A DNA stretch of 57,063 nucleotides, from NCBI GenBank assembly GCA_943327105.2, contig CALPVV020000002.1, forward strand, positions 1-57,063, in the 5' to 3' direction. The notes beneath the pieces were generated by a model. The model was not told the origin of the DNA and did not search any database. It saw only the letters and a list, made by a program, of their open reading frames with translations. Positions 10,007-18,919 of the stretch are shown here, piece after piece. The stretch comes from Nitrosovibrio sp. Nv4 (GTDB taxonomy: Bacteria > Bdellovibrionota > UBA1018 > CAIMNF01). Position 1 is the stretch's first letter, and every line of letters starts with the position of its first letter. Both the position numbers and the translations under genes were made by a program.

Positions 10007-11450
10007 GATTGTCGGCACCCTTGGCCCAGCGAGTAATACTCAAGAAAAAATTGAAGCGTTGATTCGAGCAGGGTTGGATACAGCCCGTTTGAACTTCAGT
10101 CATGGTACCCATGATGTGCATCGCGGCTTATTCAAAGCTGTTCGAGATGCTTCAGCAAACTGTGGTCGCCATGTAGCGGTTCTTCAAGATTTACAAGGTC
10201 CAAAGTTACGTTTAGGTAAGCTTCCTCCAGAAGGGATTCACCTGAAAGCGGGTGATGAAGTTTTGCTTTATCCGGAGGGAACCAACCCTCGTTCCTCACT
10301 GGTCGGACGTATACCGATGCCGATTTCAGCTGAAATCGCGGAACCACTTTCCAGAGATTTGAAAAAGGGTGCTCGCGTTCTTTTTGATGATGGAAAAGTT
10401 TCAAGTGAAGTGAAGGAAGTGCATGCACCTGAAATTGTGATTACGATTTCTATTGGCGGCAAACTCACTTCAAATAAAGGAATGAACCTTCCAGGTTCTC
10501 CGCTTTCTCTCCCTGGTTGTACCGATAAAGACCTGCATGACTTGAAGCTCGGTCTTGAGCTCGGAGTGGATGCCGTGGCACTTTCGTTTGTTCGTACGCC
10601 TCAAGACATTACCTTTGTAAAAGATTTGATTCGTAAGACCAGTAACCACAAGCCGTTGATTGTCGCAAAAATCGAACGGGAAGAAGCGGTTTATGCACCG
10701 GAAGGAATTCTGGAAGTGACCGATGGTATTTTGATTGCTCGTGGTGACATGGCTGTAGAGTTGGGTGCGCAAAAAGTACCAATCATTCAAAAAATGCTGA
10801 TTCGCATGTCGAATGAACTGGGCGTTCCGGTCATTACCGCCACCCAGATGCTTGAAAGCATGATTTCTTGTCCGACACCAACACGTGCGGAAGCTTCAGA
10901 TGTGGCAAATGCCGTATTTGATGGTACCGATGCGGTGATGCTTTCTGCTGAATCTGCTTCTGGTGATTATCCGGTGATTGCAGTTGAAACCATGGTTCGA
11001 ATCATCAAAGAAGCTGAAAGTGAAGGCGGTCGTTACTCCGTTCATCAACCTTTGATTCCGATTCATGGTTCAGTGGTTGATTCGATCGAGTTCAGTGCTT
11101 CAAGAATTGCGGCTCACGTTGGTGCGGCTGCGATCGCATGTCTCACTCACTCTGGAACAGCGGCTAGAACTTTGGCGAAGTATCGCCCACAAAACCCAAT
11201 TATCGCGATCATGGATAATCCGGCTTCACTTCGTAAGCTTGCTTTTGTCTGGGGTGTCGACGGAGTATTGATTCCTGATATTGTCGCGACAGACGACCTT
11301 TTCGGAATGGTGAGTAATGTACTGGTTGAAAACAATCGAGCTCAAGAAGGGGACTTGATTGTAGTGACCGCTGGTGTTCCAACCTTGAGAAGAGGAACGA
11401 CTAACATGATCAAGGTTCACGAAGTGAAAACTACAGCTGGTAAAGCATGA
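9978..11450 (+). CDS. pyk: pyruvate kinase
   Basis: KIVGTLGPAS, ARLNFSHG, MVARGDL-like IARGDMAVE and the ATQMLESM motif. Length is 490 aa. Confidence 0.95.
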   Translation: MHSSPNRKVKIVGTLGPASNTQEKIEALIRAGLDTARLNFSHGTHDVHRGLFKAVRDASANCGRHVAVLQDLQGPKLRLGKLPPEGIHLKAGDEVLLYPEGTNPRSSLVGRIPMPISAEIAEPLSRDLKKGARVLFDDGKVSSEVKEVHAPEIVITISIGGKLTSNKGMNLPGSPLSLPGCTDKDLHDLKLGLELGVDAVALSFVRTPQDITFVKDLIRKTSNHKPLIVAKIEREEAVYAPEGILEVTDGILIARGDMAVELGAQKVPIIQKMLIRMSNELGVPVITATQMLESMISCPTPTRAEASDVANAVFDGTDAVMLSAESASGDYPVIAVETMVRIIKEAESEGGRYSVHQPLIPIHGSVVDSIEFSASRIAAHVGAAAIACLTHSGTAARTLAKYRPQNPIIAIMDNPASLRKLAFVWGVDGVLIPDIVATDDLFGMVSNVLVENNRAQEGDLIVVTAGVPTLRRGTTNMIKVHEVKTTAGKA

Positions 11451-12712
11451 AAAGTGCAATTTTGAGCGAAGTTTTCGCTGAGTTATGCGAAAGCCAAACG
11501 CATTTTGATTCACTTCTTTCAAAGGTGCACCCGCTTCAGCGACCTAAGGTCGCAGTTTATCTGGGCGCATTTCTTCGTCGTCCACTTACATTGGCTGCCC
11601 ACTTTGGAATCGAGCTTGCTGATAGCCCTGAGGAGTTCTGGCAATTGAGTTTTATTCGACTCAAAAAACATTCTGGAATCCATGAGGTTTTGAATCGCAT
11701 TTGGGAATCGGGTGGAAAGTACCCGAATCAAGGTTCCATCATCGATTTCCCCACTCACTTGGTTGAAGAGTGGAAGCGTGATTGGGGTCAGGAAGTCACT
11801 GAAAAAATGTGTGTGATGATGTCCCAGGATCCGCTCACAACGATTCGACTTCATCGTCAAGCTCGCGAAAGTGAAGAGGAGCTGAAAACCGAATTTGCAT
11901 CAAATGTCGATTTGCCGAAGTTTCGCTTGGGTAATTATTCCATTCTTGCCCGCGTATTCAAAGGGTTTGCTCCGGTTCAGAAGTCGCCTCTTTTTCAAAA
12001 GGGTTGGTATGAGATTCAAGACGAAGGGTCGCAGCTCATGTCGATTTATGCTCTTGAAAGCGAGAAGGTGAAGTCTGCGCTTTCTCCGGTTCCTTCTGTC
12101 GGTGCGAATAAAGACATGGTTTTCTTCAGTAAGGAAAACCTTAAAAACATCCTTCCGATGACGGTCATTGATGCTTGCTCGGGTGCCGGTGGCAAGGCTC
12201 TAGCGATTGCCGATCTGATGCGGGGGCAGGGTCGGGTTTATGCATACGATGTCTACGAGAAAAAAATTCAAAGTTTACGTAAGCGTGCAGAACGTTCCCC
12301 TGATCGCAATATTCAGGCCGTATTGTTGAAACCAGATGAAGAAGCTCGTCAAGTGCAGCTCTCGAAATTCAATCAATCAGCAGATCGTGTTTTGGTAGAT
12401 AGTCCTTGTGGTGGGCACGGAGTACTTCGCAGAAATCCTGATAGCAAGTGGAACCGTAAACCTTTACCCAACTTGGAAAACAGCCTCGACATTACTGATT
12501 TGCAGAAGAAGGTTGTGACCGATTACGCCCCTTTGGTTAAAATTGGTGGCGAATTGATTTATGGAGTTTGCACTTTTTCTAAAAAAGAAACGCTCGACCA
12601 GGTCGACTGGATCAAAAGCAATCTGCAAGGGTTCGAACTTCAATCGCAAGGGTTTGTTGGCCCGTATGATACCGATGGCTTTTTCATGGCATCATTCATC
12701 AGGAAAAATTAA
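11447..12712 (+). CDS. rRNA cytosine-C5 methyltransferase, NOL1/NOP2/Sun (RsmB/RsmF-like) family
   Basis: DACSGAGGKA is the SAM-binding motif. DSPCGGHGVLRRNPD and YGVCTF supply the two catalytic Cys motifs. ATGA-coupled to pyk. Confidence 0.85.
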   Translation: MKSAILSEVFAELCESQTHFDSLLSKVHPLQRPKVAVYLGAFLRRPLTLAAHFGIELADSPEEFWQLSFIRLKKHSGIHEVLNRIWESGGKYPNQGSIIDFPTHLVEEWKRDWGQEVTEKMCVMMSQDPLTTIRLHRQARESEEELKTEFASNVDLPKFRLGNYSILARVFKGFAPVQKSPLFQKGWYEIQDEGSQLMSIYALESEKVKSALSPVPSVGANKDMVFFSKENLKNILPMTVIDACSGAGGKALAIADLMRGQGRVYAYDVYEKKIQSLRKRAERSPDRNIQAVLLKPDEEARQVQLSKFNQSADRVLVDSPCGGHGVLRRNPDSKWNRKPLPNLENSLDITDLQKKVVTDYAPLVKIGGELIYGVCTFSKKETLDQVDWIKSNLQGFELQSQGFVGPYDTDGFFMASFIRKN

Positions 12713-12720
12713 TCAAAAAA

Positions 12721-12762
12721 AATGAGGTAAGCAGACCTTCCCGGTCTGCTTACCTCATTTCG
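12721..12762. terminator. bidirectional intrinsic terminator between convergent genes
   Basis: Perfect 17-bp stem (12721-12737 pairs with 12743-12759) and a 5-nt loop. It is flanked by an A-run upstream and a T-run downstream. Confidence 0.75.
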
Positions 12763-12797
12763 GTACAAGCGTACCCCCCTAAAAATTGATCTGTTGA

Positions 12798-13469
12798 TTA
12801 GATTTTATTTTCAACAATGATCAGTACATCACGATTCATGACCTTCATTGGTTCACCTTTTGAGTTCAGTGAATTTTTTCCAGACATACGATTAATGATA
12901 TTTACTTCTTCCCGTTGCATCGAAGAAACCAACTTGAAGAAAGTTGCCGCATGATTCGGTGAAAGTCGAATGCAACCACCAGACGCCCGTTGTCCAAGTT
13001 GGTCAATGTGTGTACTTGCATGGACGGCAATACCGCCGTTGAAAAACACCGAATTTGGCATTTCAGCTTTCCAGGTATTGGAATGATAGTTTTTAACAAG
13101 TTTAGTCGGACGATAATAGCCTACGGGAGTAGTAGTTTTGTATACACGGCCACTTTTAGCTTTTTCAACTTTCTCGCGACCAGTTGATACTTTCCATTCG
13201 AATTTCAATTCACCATCGACATAAACACGCATGAGTTGAGTGGTCGAACCAATGGTTGATTTATTGATGATCGCTACAATCTTAGCCCGGTAAATATCGT
13301 CGTGATTGGATGAAAATTGAATTTCTTTTTCCGGTGCATCGATCGGAGAGAGGGTTTCAAGCGAAGAGTCGATTTCATCGTATGCAGGTTCCATCCATGA
13401 TGTATCTGCAGTTGCTGAAAACGGTGCCAGTAGCAGGACGCTCAATGCCAATGCGAAGATTGATTTCAT
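12798..13469 (-). CDS. L,D-transpeptidase (YkuD domain), secreted
   Basis: Catalytic signature HASTHIDQLGQRASGGCIRL (H...SxGC[IV]R). Start placed at MKSIFALALSVLLLAPFSATA, which is a signal peptide; the ORF is open to 13508. Confidence 0.85.
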   Translation of the reverse strand: MKSIFALALSVLLLAPFSATADTSWMEPAYDEIDSSLETLSPIDAPEKEIQFSSNHDDIYRAKIVAIINKSTIGSTTQLMRVYVDGELKFEWKVSTGREKVEKAKSGRVYKTTTPVGYYRPTKLVKNYHSNTWKAEMPNSVFFNGGIAVHASTHIDQLGQRASGGCIRLSPNHAATFFKLVSSMQREEVNIINRMSGKNSLNSKGEPMKVMNRDVLIIVENKI

Positions 13470-13557
13470 GAAAGGGGGTTTATCAGCCACGCTGCTACGC
13501 GTCAACAACTTTAAACTGGATTAGTTTAAGCTGATAAAACCCCAATCATTTCAATGC

Positions 13558-15108
13558 TTAAGCAACAGCTTTCAGGGTTCTTACACCGCGGAAGTTTTGG
13601 GCATTAATGCCATGACGACGCAATAGTCTCAGGAAATTGCTTCGATCAATTCCAGATTCTTTGGCTGCCGAAGTTACATTGCCTTGGGTGCGATTCAGAA
13701 GATTGATGAGGTATTCTTTTTCGAAATGTTCTGACCATTTCTTCTTCATCACGGTATAGTTTTGAGAATCTGAACCGGAGTAGTCCTTTACGTCCATGGA
13801 TACACCGGGACGATAATCTTCATTGTACTCAAAGCGTTTCTTCGGGGGTGTCGGAGGGTTGGGATTTGAACCAACAGCACCCAATGAAATATCTTCAGCA
13901 TCAATCGAACCTTCCTTGTTCCAGAGCAGGGCGGTTCTTTCGACAACGTTCAACAACTCTCGAACGTTTCCAGGCCATGAGTAATTTTGCAAAAGGTATT
14001 CTGCATCAGCAGTCATGCCTTCATACTTTTTCCCTCTTGCGTGAAACGCGCGTTCGAAAAACAAAGCGCTCATCGAGACGATGTCTTCAGTACGTTCGCG
14101 AAGTGCCGGTACATTAATCACGACACGAGAAACACGATGATAGAGGTCTTCGCGGAAATCACCATTTGAAATCAATTGATTGAGGTTCTGATTGGTCGCA
14201 GAAATCAGGCGCACGTCGGCTGTGATATCTTCAGAGCCGCCGACTCGGCGAAAGGTTTTTTCCTGAATTACACGCAACATTCGCGCTTGTAATTTGATGT
14301 CCATCTCACCGATTTCATCCAGGAATAGGGTTCCACCCTTGGCTAATTCAAAAAGCCCTCTTTTTTGAGAGATTGCGCCGGTGAATGCTCCTTTTTCATG
14401 TCCGAAAAGTTCACTTTCAAGGAGTTCGCCACTGAAGTTGGCACAGTTCACAGCAATCCAAGGGCCTTTTGCACGTTTTGAACCGGCGTGAATCATTCGT
14501 GCAACGCCTTCTTTTCCACAACCGCTTTCACCGGTAATCAGTGTCGATGGTTCTTCAACATCGACCTGACCTGCAGACCGCATCGATTCACGTTGAAGCA
14601 CTTTCATCCATTCGTTTACCGGTTCCATTGCTTTTGCCTTTGAAACAAACCAATAGGTGTCTTCTGATTTTCCTTCTACACGGGCAACGCGTGCTTCCAG
14701 TCTGGAAACGAACTCTTCATTTTCGCGTTCCAGTCTGAATTCATTATGGGTGCGGTTCACTGAGTGGACCATTTCTTCCATTTCGAAAGGTTTTTCCATG
14801 TAATCAGAAGCGCCGAGTTTCAAAGCGTCGATTGCCGTGGTTTTTTCAGAGTAGGCGGTTAGCATGATCACTTTAGGTGAACGAGGCTTTGCCTTCACTT
14901 CTTTCAATAGTTCAACTCCGTTTTTACCGGGCATGCGATAGTCGGTTACGATCACTGAAACTTCAGGTGCTGTTGCAAGTTTTCCAAGCGCAACATCGAC
15001 ATTCTCGGCTTCCAGTACCTTGTAGCCTTCACGTTCAAATCTTGATTTCAGTAATTTGCGGATTCCATCATCGTCTTCAACAATCATGATCGTAGGGTTA
15101 GTTGCCAT
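13558..15108 (-). CDS. sigma-54-dependent response regulator (NtrC family: receiver + AAA+ + Fis-type HTH)
   Basis: Receiver domain (IMIVEDDD..., DYRMPG), Walker A GESGCGKE, the GAFTGA loop (ELFGHEKGAFTGA) and a C-terminal HTH (NVTSAAKESGIDRSNFLRLLRRHGI). Confidence 0.9.
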   Translation of the reverse strand: MATNPTIMIVEDDDGIRKLLKSRFEREGYKVLEAENVDVALGKLATAPEVSVIVTDYRMPGKNGVELLKEVKAKPRSPKVIMLTAYSEKTTAIDALKLGASDYMEKPFEMEEMVHSVNRTHNEFRLERENEEFVSRLEARVARVEGKSEDTYWFVSKAKAMEPVNEWMKVLQRESMRSAGQVDVEEPSTLITGESGCGKEGVARMIHAGSKRAKGPWIAVNCANFSGELLESELFGHEKGAFTGAISQKRGLFELAKGGTLFLDEIGEMDIKLQARMLRVIQEKTFRRVGGSEDITADVRLISATNQNLNQLISNGDFREDLYHRVSRVVINVPALRERTEDIVSMSALFFERAFHARGKKYEGMTADAEYLLQNYSWPGNVRELLNVVERTALLWNKEGSIDAEDISLGAVGSNPNPPTPPKKRFEYNEDYRPGVSMDVKDYSGSDSQNYTVMKKKWSEHFEKEYLINLLNRTQGNVTSAAKESGIDRSNFLRLLRRHGINAQNFRGVRTLKAVA

Positions 15109-16240
15109 TTTTTTCTCCTTTTAAAGTATTGATGGGGAAAGTCAGTGTGAATTCACTTCCAGTCCCTGGTTCGCTTTTTACTGAAACTTCGGCGTTCATT
15201 TCCTTCAGGTAGCCGTAGCTGGTGCTTAGACCGAGTCCGGTGCCTTTTCCCTGCGGTTTGGTGGTAAAGAAAGGATCAAATATTTTCCTGACGGTGATTT
15301 CATCCATGCCACAGCCATTGTCCTTGATGAAAACCTTGATGGTGTGCTTGTCGTTTTTGAATTGAATGTCTATTTTTCCACGAGTGCGGCCGGCTTCCTC
15401 GATTGCATCTTTTGCATTTGAAATGAGATTTACAAATACTTGAACCAGTTGTGCCTGTTTACCGTTGATTTTAGGAAGCTCGTCAGCAAGGTCTTTTACT
15501 GTCAGATCGATGTTTTGTTGCAAGAGGGTGTTTTTAGTGAAAAAGACGGCCTGATTTACCGATTCCGCAACCGATACCGGGCCGCTTTCATCATCACCGA
15601 TTCTGACATAAGATTTAAAACTTCGAATGATGTCGGAAAGGTAGTTCGTTGCCTTTTGAATTTCGCTGACAAAATCTTTTCCCTGTTCAGAAAGTTTTTC
15701 CGTTGCGGCCAATTCATCGGTATTACCCTTGATGCATTGGAGCGGTTGAGAAAGGTTATGCATGATACCGCCGGCATATCTGCCGATCTGTTCAAGTTTC
15801 TCTTTTTGCAGGATTCGAATCTGTTCGTTTCGGTCTTCGATCGCATTCAAGTGATTTCGGATCGAATTTTGCTGGTTCTTCGCTTTTTCGGTGACATCAT
15901 CAACAAAAACCACAAAACGGCTTTCTACATCTGAATCAATTGACGAAACCTTGAGGTTCACAAAAAAGCTTTCAGCTTTCTGATTCACAATTACATATTC
16001 TTCGTACTGGGCCGGTTGGGTCAGGGTCTCGATCGTAACTGGTTTTTTATTGAAGAGGTGTAATGATTGGGGCTTCAGAAAGCCTTCAAGATCAACCTTG
16101 CCGAATACCCGTTCAAATTCAGGGTTTGCCCAAATCTCATTCGTCGACTTTTGATAAACCATCACAGCCGAATTGAGCCTGCTCAGCCATTCGGGTGCTT
16201 CGAGTGGTTTTTGAATCAGCTTCAGCTTCTTAATTGCCAT
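15098..16240 (-). CDS. soluble PAS-type sensor histidine kinase
   Basis: H-box HNLSQPL, N-box NLISNAKDA, and G-boxes DNGCGMD and GTGLGLS. No TM segment at the N-terminus. It overlaps the downstream regulator gene by 11 nt. Confidence 0.85.
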   Translation of the reverse strand: MAIKKLKLIQKPLEAPEWLSRLNSAVMVYQKSTNEIWANPEFERVFGKVDLEGFLKPQSLHLFNKKPVTIETLTQPAQYEEYVIVNQKAESFFVNLKVSSIDSDVESRFVVFVDDVTEKAKNQQNSIRNHLNAIEDRNEQIRILQKEKLEQIGRYAGGIMHNLSQPLQCIKGNTDELAATEKLSEQGKDFVSEIQKATNYLSDIIRSFKSYVRIGDDESGPVSVAESVNQAVFFTKNTLLQQNIDLTVKDLADELPKINGKQAQLVQVFVNLISNAKDAIEEAGRTRGKIDIQFKNDKHTIKVFIKDNGCGMDEITVRKIFDPFFTTKPQGKGTGLGLSTSYGYLKEMNAEVSVKSEPGTGSEFTLTFPINTLKGEKNGN

Positions 16241-17072
16241 TCAAAATAGCCTCCGCTTTTTCGAATTCTTTCAAGAAAGTCGATTCAATCTGGCTTTTAT
16301 GTTTTTCGCTTAATTTCAATGTGCCAATGGAAACGTCACCATTGATTTCCTCTGCAGGCTTATAGTTACCGGAATGGCCGATGCTTTTCGAGTGAACCCA
16401 TTGATTTGACCATGCAACAATCGCCGCTTCCGTAGATTTGTGTACAGTCTGGTGATGGCTTTCGATTGCTTCAAAAACACTATTAGGAAGATTCCAGAAT
16501 CTTGCCAGGGCGGTTCCCAATTCCACGTGAGTCGGGAGCTGAAGACTTTGCTCGGTTTCAATGAAACCTTCCTGGTGTTCACGGGCATGAATTGAAATTT
16601 TTGAAAGTTGATCTGAAGACAACTCCATCATGATGAGTTTTCCAATATCGTGCATGAGTCCACCGATAAAACAATCACTGGCATTTTGAAGTTGCAGTGA
16701 ACGCGCGGTGATTTCAGAAAGTAGCCCGACTGCAAAAGAGTGTGTCCAGAAGCTGCTGAGTGGAAATTCCCTGGTCCCTTGTGATCGGAATGATCCGAAA
16801 ATGGATGAGGTCAGCACTAACTGGGCAACAGTGTTGAAGCCTAGGAATTGAAGTGCTTTATTCACATCACTTACACCACCAGGAATGGAATAATAGGAGG
16901 AGTTTGCGAGCCGCAGTAGTTTTGCAGTAAGACCCGCATCGGAACGGATGAGTTTTGCGATTTCTTCGGTGGTAGCCGTAGGCGACTGCATGCGTTCAGC
17001 TACACGCATGGCCACTTGAGGCAGAACAGGAAGGCTTTGGATTTTTTCAATCCATGAAGAAGAGAGACTCAT
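16230..17072 (-). CDS. HDOD domain protein
   Basis: LPVLPQVAMRVAERMQSPTATTEEIAKLIRSDAGLTAKLLRLANSSYY is a textbook HDOD N-terminus, and GLMHDIGKL follows. ATG at 17072 is preferred over the GTG at 17096. It overlaps the kinase gene by 11 nt. Confidence 0.85.
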   Translation of the reverse strand: MSLSSSWIEKIQSLPVLPQVAMRVAERMQSPTATTEEIAKLIRSDAGLTAKLLRLANSSYYSIPGGVSDVNKALQFLGFNTVAQLVLTSSIFGSFRSQGTREFPLSSFWTHSFAVGLLSEITARSLQLQNASDCFIGGLMHDIGKLIMMELSSDQLSKISIHAREHQEGFIETEQSLQLPTHVELGTALARFWNLPNSVFEAIESHHQTVHKSTEAAIVAWSNQWVHSKSIGHSGNYKPAEEINGDVSIGTLKLSEKHKSQIESTFLKEFEKAEAILNGN

Positions 17073-17102
17073 CTCTCTGCGTATCGGAAGACACACTTGA
17101 AA

Positions 17103-17144
17103 CTTGAAAAAAACAAAAGGGTTCGACCGAAATCGAACCCTTTT
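17103..17144 (-). terminator. intrinsic-terminator-like hairpin directly upstream of the HDOD operon start
   Basis: On the minus strand: a 12-bp stem AAAAGGGTTCGA/TCGAACCCTTTT (17144-17133 with 17126-17115), a 6-nt loop, then G+TTTTTTT. It ends 10-34 nt before the candidate start codons. Confidence 0.55.
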
Positions 17145-17207
17145 CTCTCTTCACAATCAGATATTTCGGGATGGGGGAGAAACAATCTGATTATGAACGG
17201 CGGAAGA

Positions 17208-17234
17208 ATTATCGAATTTTTGGCGGCATGTCAA
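17208..17234 (-). promoter_or_regulatory. candidate sigma-70 promoter for the leader/HDOD operon
   Basis: On the minus strand: TTGACA (17234-17229), a 15-nt spacer, then GATAAT (17213-17208). The spacer is shorter than optimal. Confidence 0.3.
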
Positions 17235-17295
17235 ATTTTTGTTTCTTTTATTTCGAAAAGCACACCTTTTCGGAGGGGGTGGCTTGAGATAAACT

Positions 17296-18234
17296 TTGGG
17301 AATGACTGAAAAAACCTCGAATCAATCACTGGTGCCTTATTTTGCATTGATGCTGGTTCAATTGCTGTTTGGGTTGAATTTTGCCGCTTCCAAGATCATC
17401 CTTGCCCACTTTCCTCCGGTTTTGTGGTCTTCGGTACGAATGGGGACAGCAGCAATTTTGATGTTCATCAGTTCGTTCATTTTTGTTCCCAAGGAACAGC
17501 GAAAGTTCGACTTTGATTTTTTATCAAAAACTTTTTTCTACGGTTTTTTCGGAATGGTCCTCAGTCAGACTTTTTTCATGATTGGCTTGAGCAATACGAC
17601 CACTACCAATGGCGCGATCTTGAACACTCTGATTCCTATTTTCACTTTGGTTGTGGCGATCATTCTTGGAAAAGAACGTCTAACGGTGAATCGTGCTTTC
17701 GGCTTCATAGTTGCAGTGATGGGCGTATTGGTATTGCGCAATTTTGAAGACTTTCAATCGACTGGCGCTACGATGAAGGGGGATGTCTTCATGATTTTAA
17801 ACTGCATCTCGCTTTCAGTGTTCTTCACCATTAGCCGGGATTTTCTTAAAAACCAATCAGCCTACTGGGTTACGGCATGGATGTGTTTATTCGGAGCCAT
17901 AGTGATCGGCGCATTCAGTTTCAATGACATGCATCTCCTGATTGATACGACATTTGATGAAACACTGGGTGGGGCAATCATCTACAATATTATCGGTGCA
18001 ACCCTTCTGACCTATTTCTTGAATTCCTGGACGTTGAAACGAGTCAGTGCGTCTTCAGTTGCGGTATTCATTTATCTTCAGCCAGTGATTGCCGTTTTAT
18101 TCGCATGGCTGGTTCAAAACGAATTGCCAACGACGCGTTCATTGGTTTCAATTATTTTCATCTTTACCGGTGTGATGATCGGTGTCGTGCAACGCCCGGT
18201 GAAGAAGCACTCAATTGAAGGTGAAAAAATATGA
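17296..18234 (+). CDS. EamA/DMT-family transporter
   Basis: 312 aa with about 10 hydrophobic helices in two EamA-like halves (LMLVQLLFGLNFAASKII...). Confidence 0.85.
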   Translation: MGMTEKTSNQSLVPYFALMLVQLLFGLNFAASKIILAHFPPVLWSSVRMGTAAILMFISSFIFVPKEQRKFDFDFLSKTFFYGFFGMVLSQTFFMIGLSNTTTTNGAILNTLIPIFTLVVAIILGKERLTVNRAFGFIVAVMGVLVLRNFEDFQSTGATMKGDVFMILNCISLSVFFTISRDFLKNQSAYWVTAWMCLFGAIVIGAFSFNDMHLLIDTTFDETLGGAIIYNIIGATLLTYFLNSWTLKRVSASSVAVFIYLQPVIAVLFAWLVQNELPTTRSLVSIIFIFTGVMIGVVQRPVKKHSIEGEKI

Positions 18235-18653
18235 ATTATGCCGCCTTTTGGCCACGCGCTGTTGCGCATTTGATTGATTTTATACTCGTCAACGGACTTG
18301 AGTTACTGCTTGAATATGCCTTAGCCGAAGTTTTGCCGATTGATTCATTTACCCAACAGGTGCTTGGCGTGGTGTTGAGTGTTGGCTTTACGTATTGGTA
18401 TTACTGCCGCTATCAGGTTCGGACTGGAACCACGGTTGGCAAAAAGCTATTCGGTATTTATGTAATCGATGAAAAAACCGGAAACAACATGACTCATAAA
18501 CAAGCAGTCATTCGAATGTTCGGTTACGCGGCTTCTTATGTATTGATTGGTTGCGGATTTTTAATGGCGGCATTTCATCCGCAGAGAAAAGCCCTGCATG
18601 ATTTATTTGCGGGCACAGTCAGTATCCATCGTCCTAAAGGTCAGACGGCTTAG
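18231..18653 (+). CDS. RDD-family membrane protein
   Basis: FWPRAVAHLIDFIL, a central TVGKKLFGIYV and ALHDLFAGTVSI fit the R-D-D family pattern. ATGA-coupled to the EamA gene. Confidence 0.8.
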   Translation: MNYAAFWPRAVAHLIDFILVNGLELLLEYALAEVLPIDSFTQQVLGVVLSVGFTYWYYCRYQVRTGTTVGKKLFGIYVIDEKTGNNMTHKQAVIRMFGYAASYVLIGCGFLMAAFHPQRKALHDLFAGTVSIHRPKGQTA

Positions 18654-18904
18654 CTGCTGAGATTGGTATCCCAGAGTTCTCTTGAAAAGATGCGCATCTC
18701 GTTCAGGGTTTTCCAGAGATTCGGACGAAAACCATCTGGTGAATCAAAGCATTCTTTTTCCATTTCCCAAAGGTCATGGTGCAATTGGTTCACTGCAGCC
18801 TGAAAGCCTTGGGTTTTGGCCATCTCTAGGTATTTTTCTTTCAACGTTCCGACTGCTTCATTTGCAAAACTTCCGCTCATAGTGTTGTTAGAATAGAACT
18901 TCAT
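18650..18904 (-). CDS. small hypothetical protein (helical, cytoplasmic)
   Basis: 84-aa ORF with protein-like composition. It is only 15 nt from the divergent start at 18920, so the true start may be the internal Met at 18880. No recognisable motif. Confidence 0.35.
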   Translation of the reverse strand: MKFYSNNTMSGSFANEAVGTLKEKYLEMAKTQGFQAAVNQLHHDLWEMEKECFDSPDGFRPNLWKTLNEMRIFSRELWDTNLSS

Positions 18905-18919
18905 GTTAAAATTGTAAAT

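Noticed and set aside
10571-10590. Sigma-54 promoter-like TGGCAC-N5-TTTG (a second TGGCAC lies at about 34744)
   Set aside because: Both lie inside coding sequence. The -12 element or the GG-N10-GC spacing does not fit the consensus. No convincing sigma-54 promoter was seen near any gene start.
15440-15934. 164-aa plus-strand ORF
   Set aside because: It is antisense to the histidine-kinase gene, whose H/N/G boxes clearly define the real frame.
17097-17200. Possible c-di-GMP (GEMM-I) riboswitch, considered because the downstream gene is HDOD
   Set aside because: The conserved GEMM-I elements (GGCAAACC, GACGCAAAGCC) are absent. The region is kept only as an unclassified structured leader.
17097-17309. 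70-aa plus-strand ORF filling the HDOD/EamA intergenic spacer
   Set aside because: It has a non-ATG start, no RBS and low-complexity content, and it spans the hairpin/terminator structure. The region is better explained as non-coding leader and promoter DNA.
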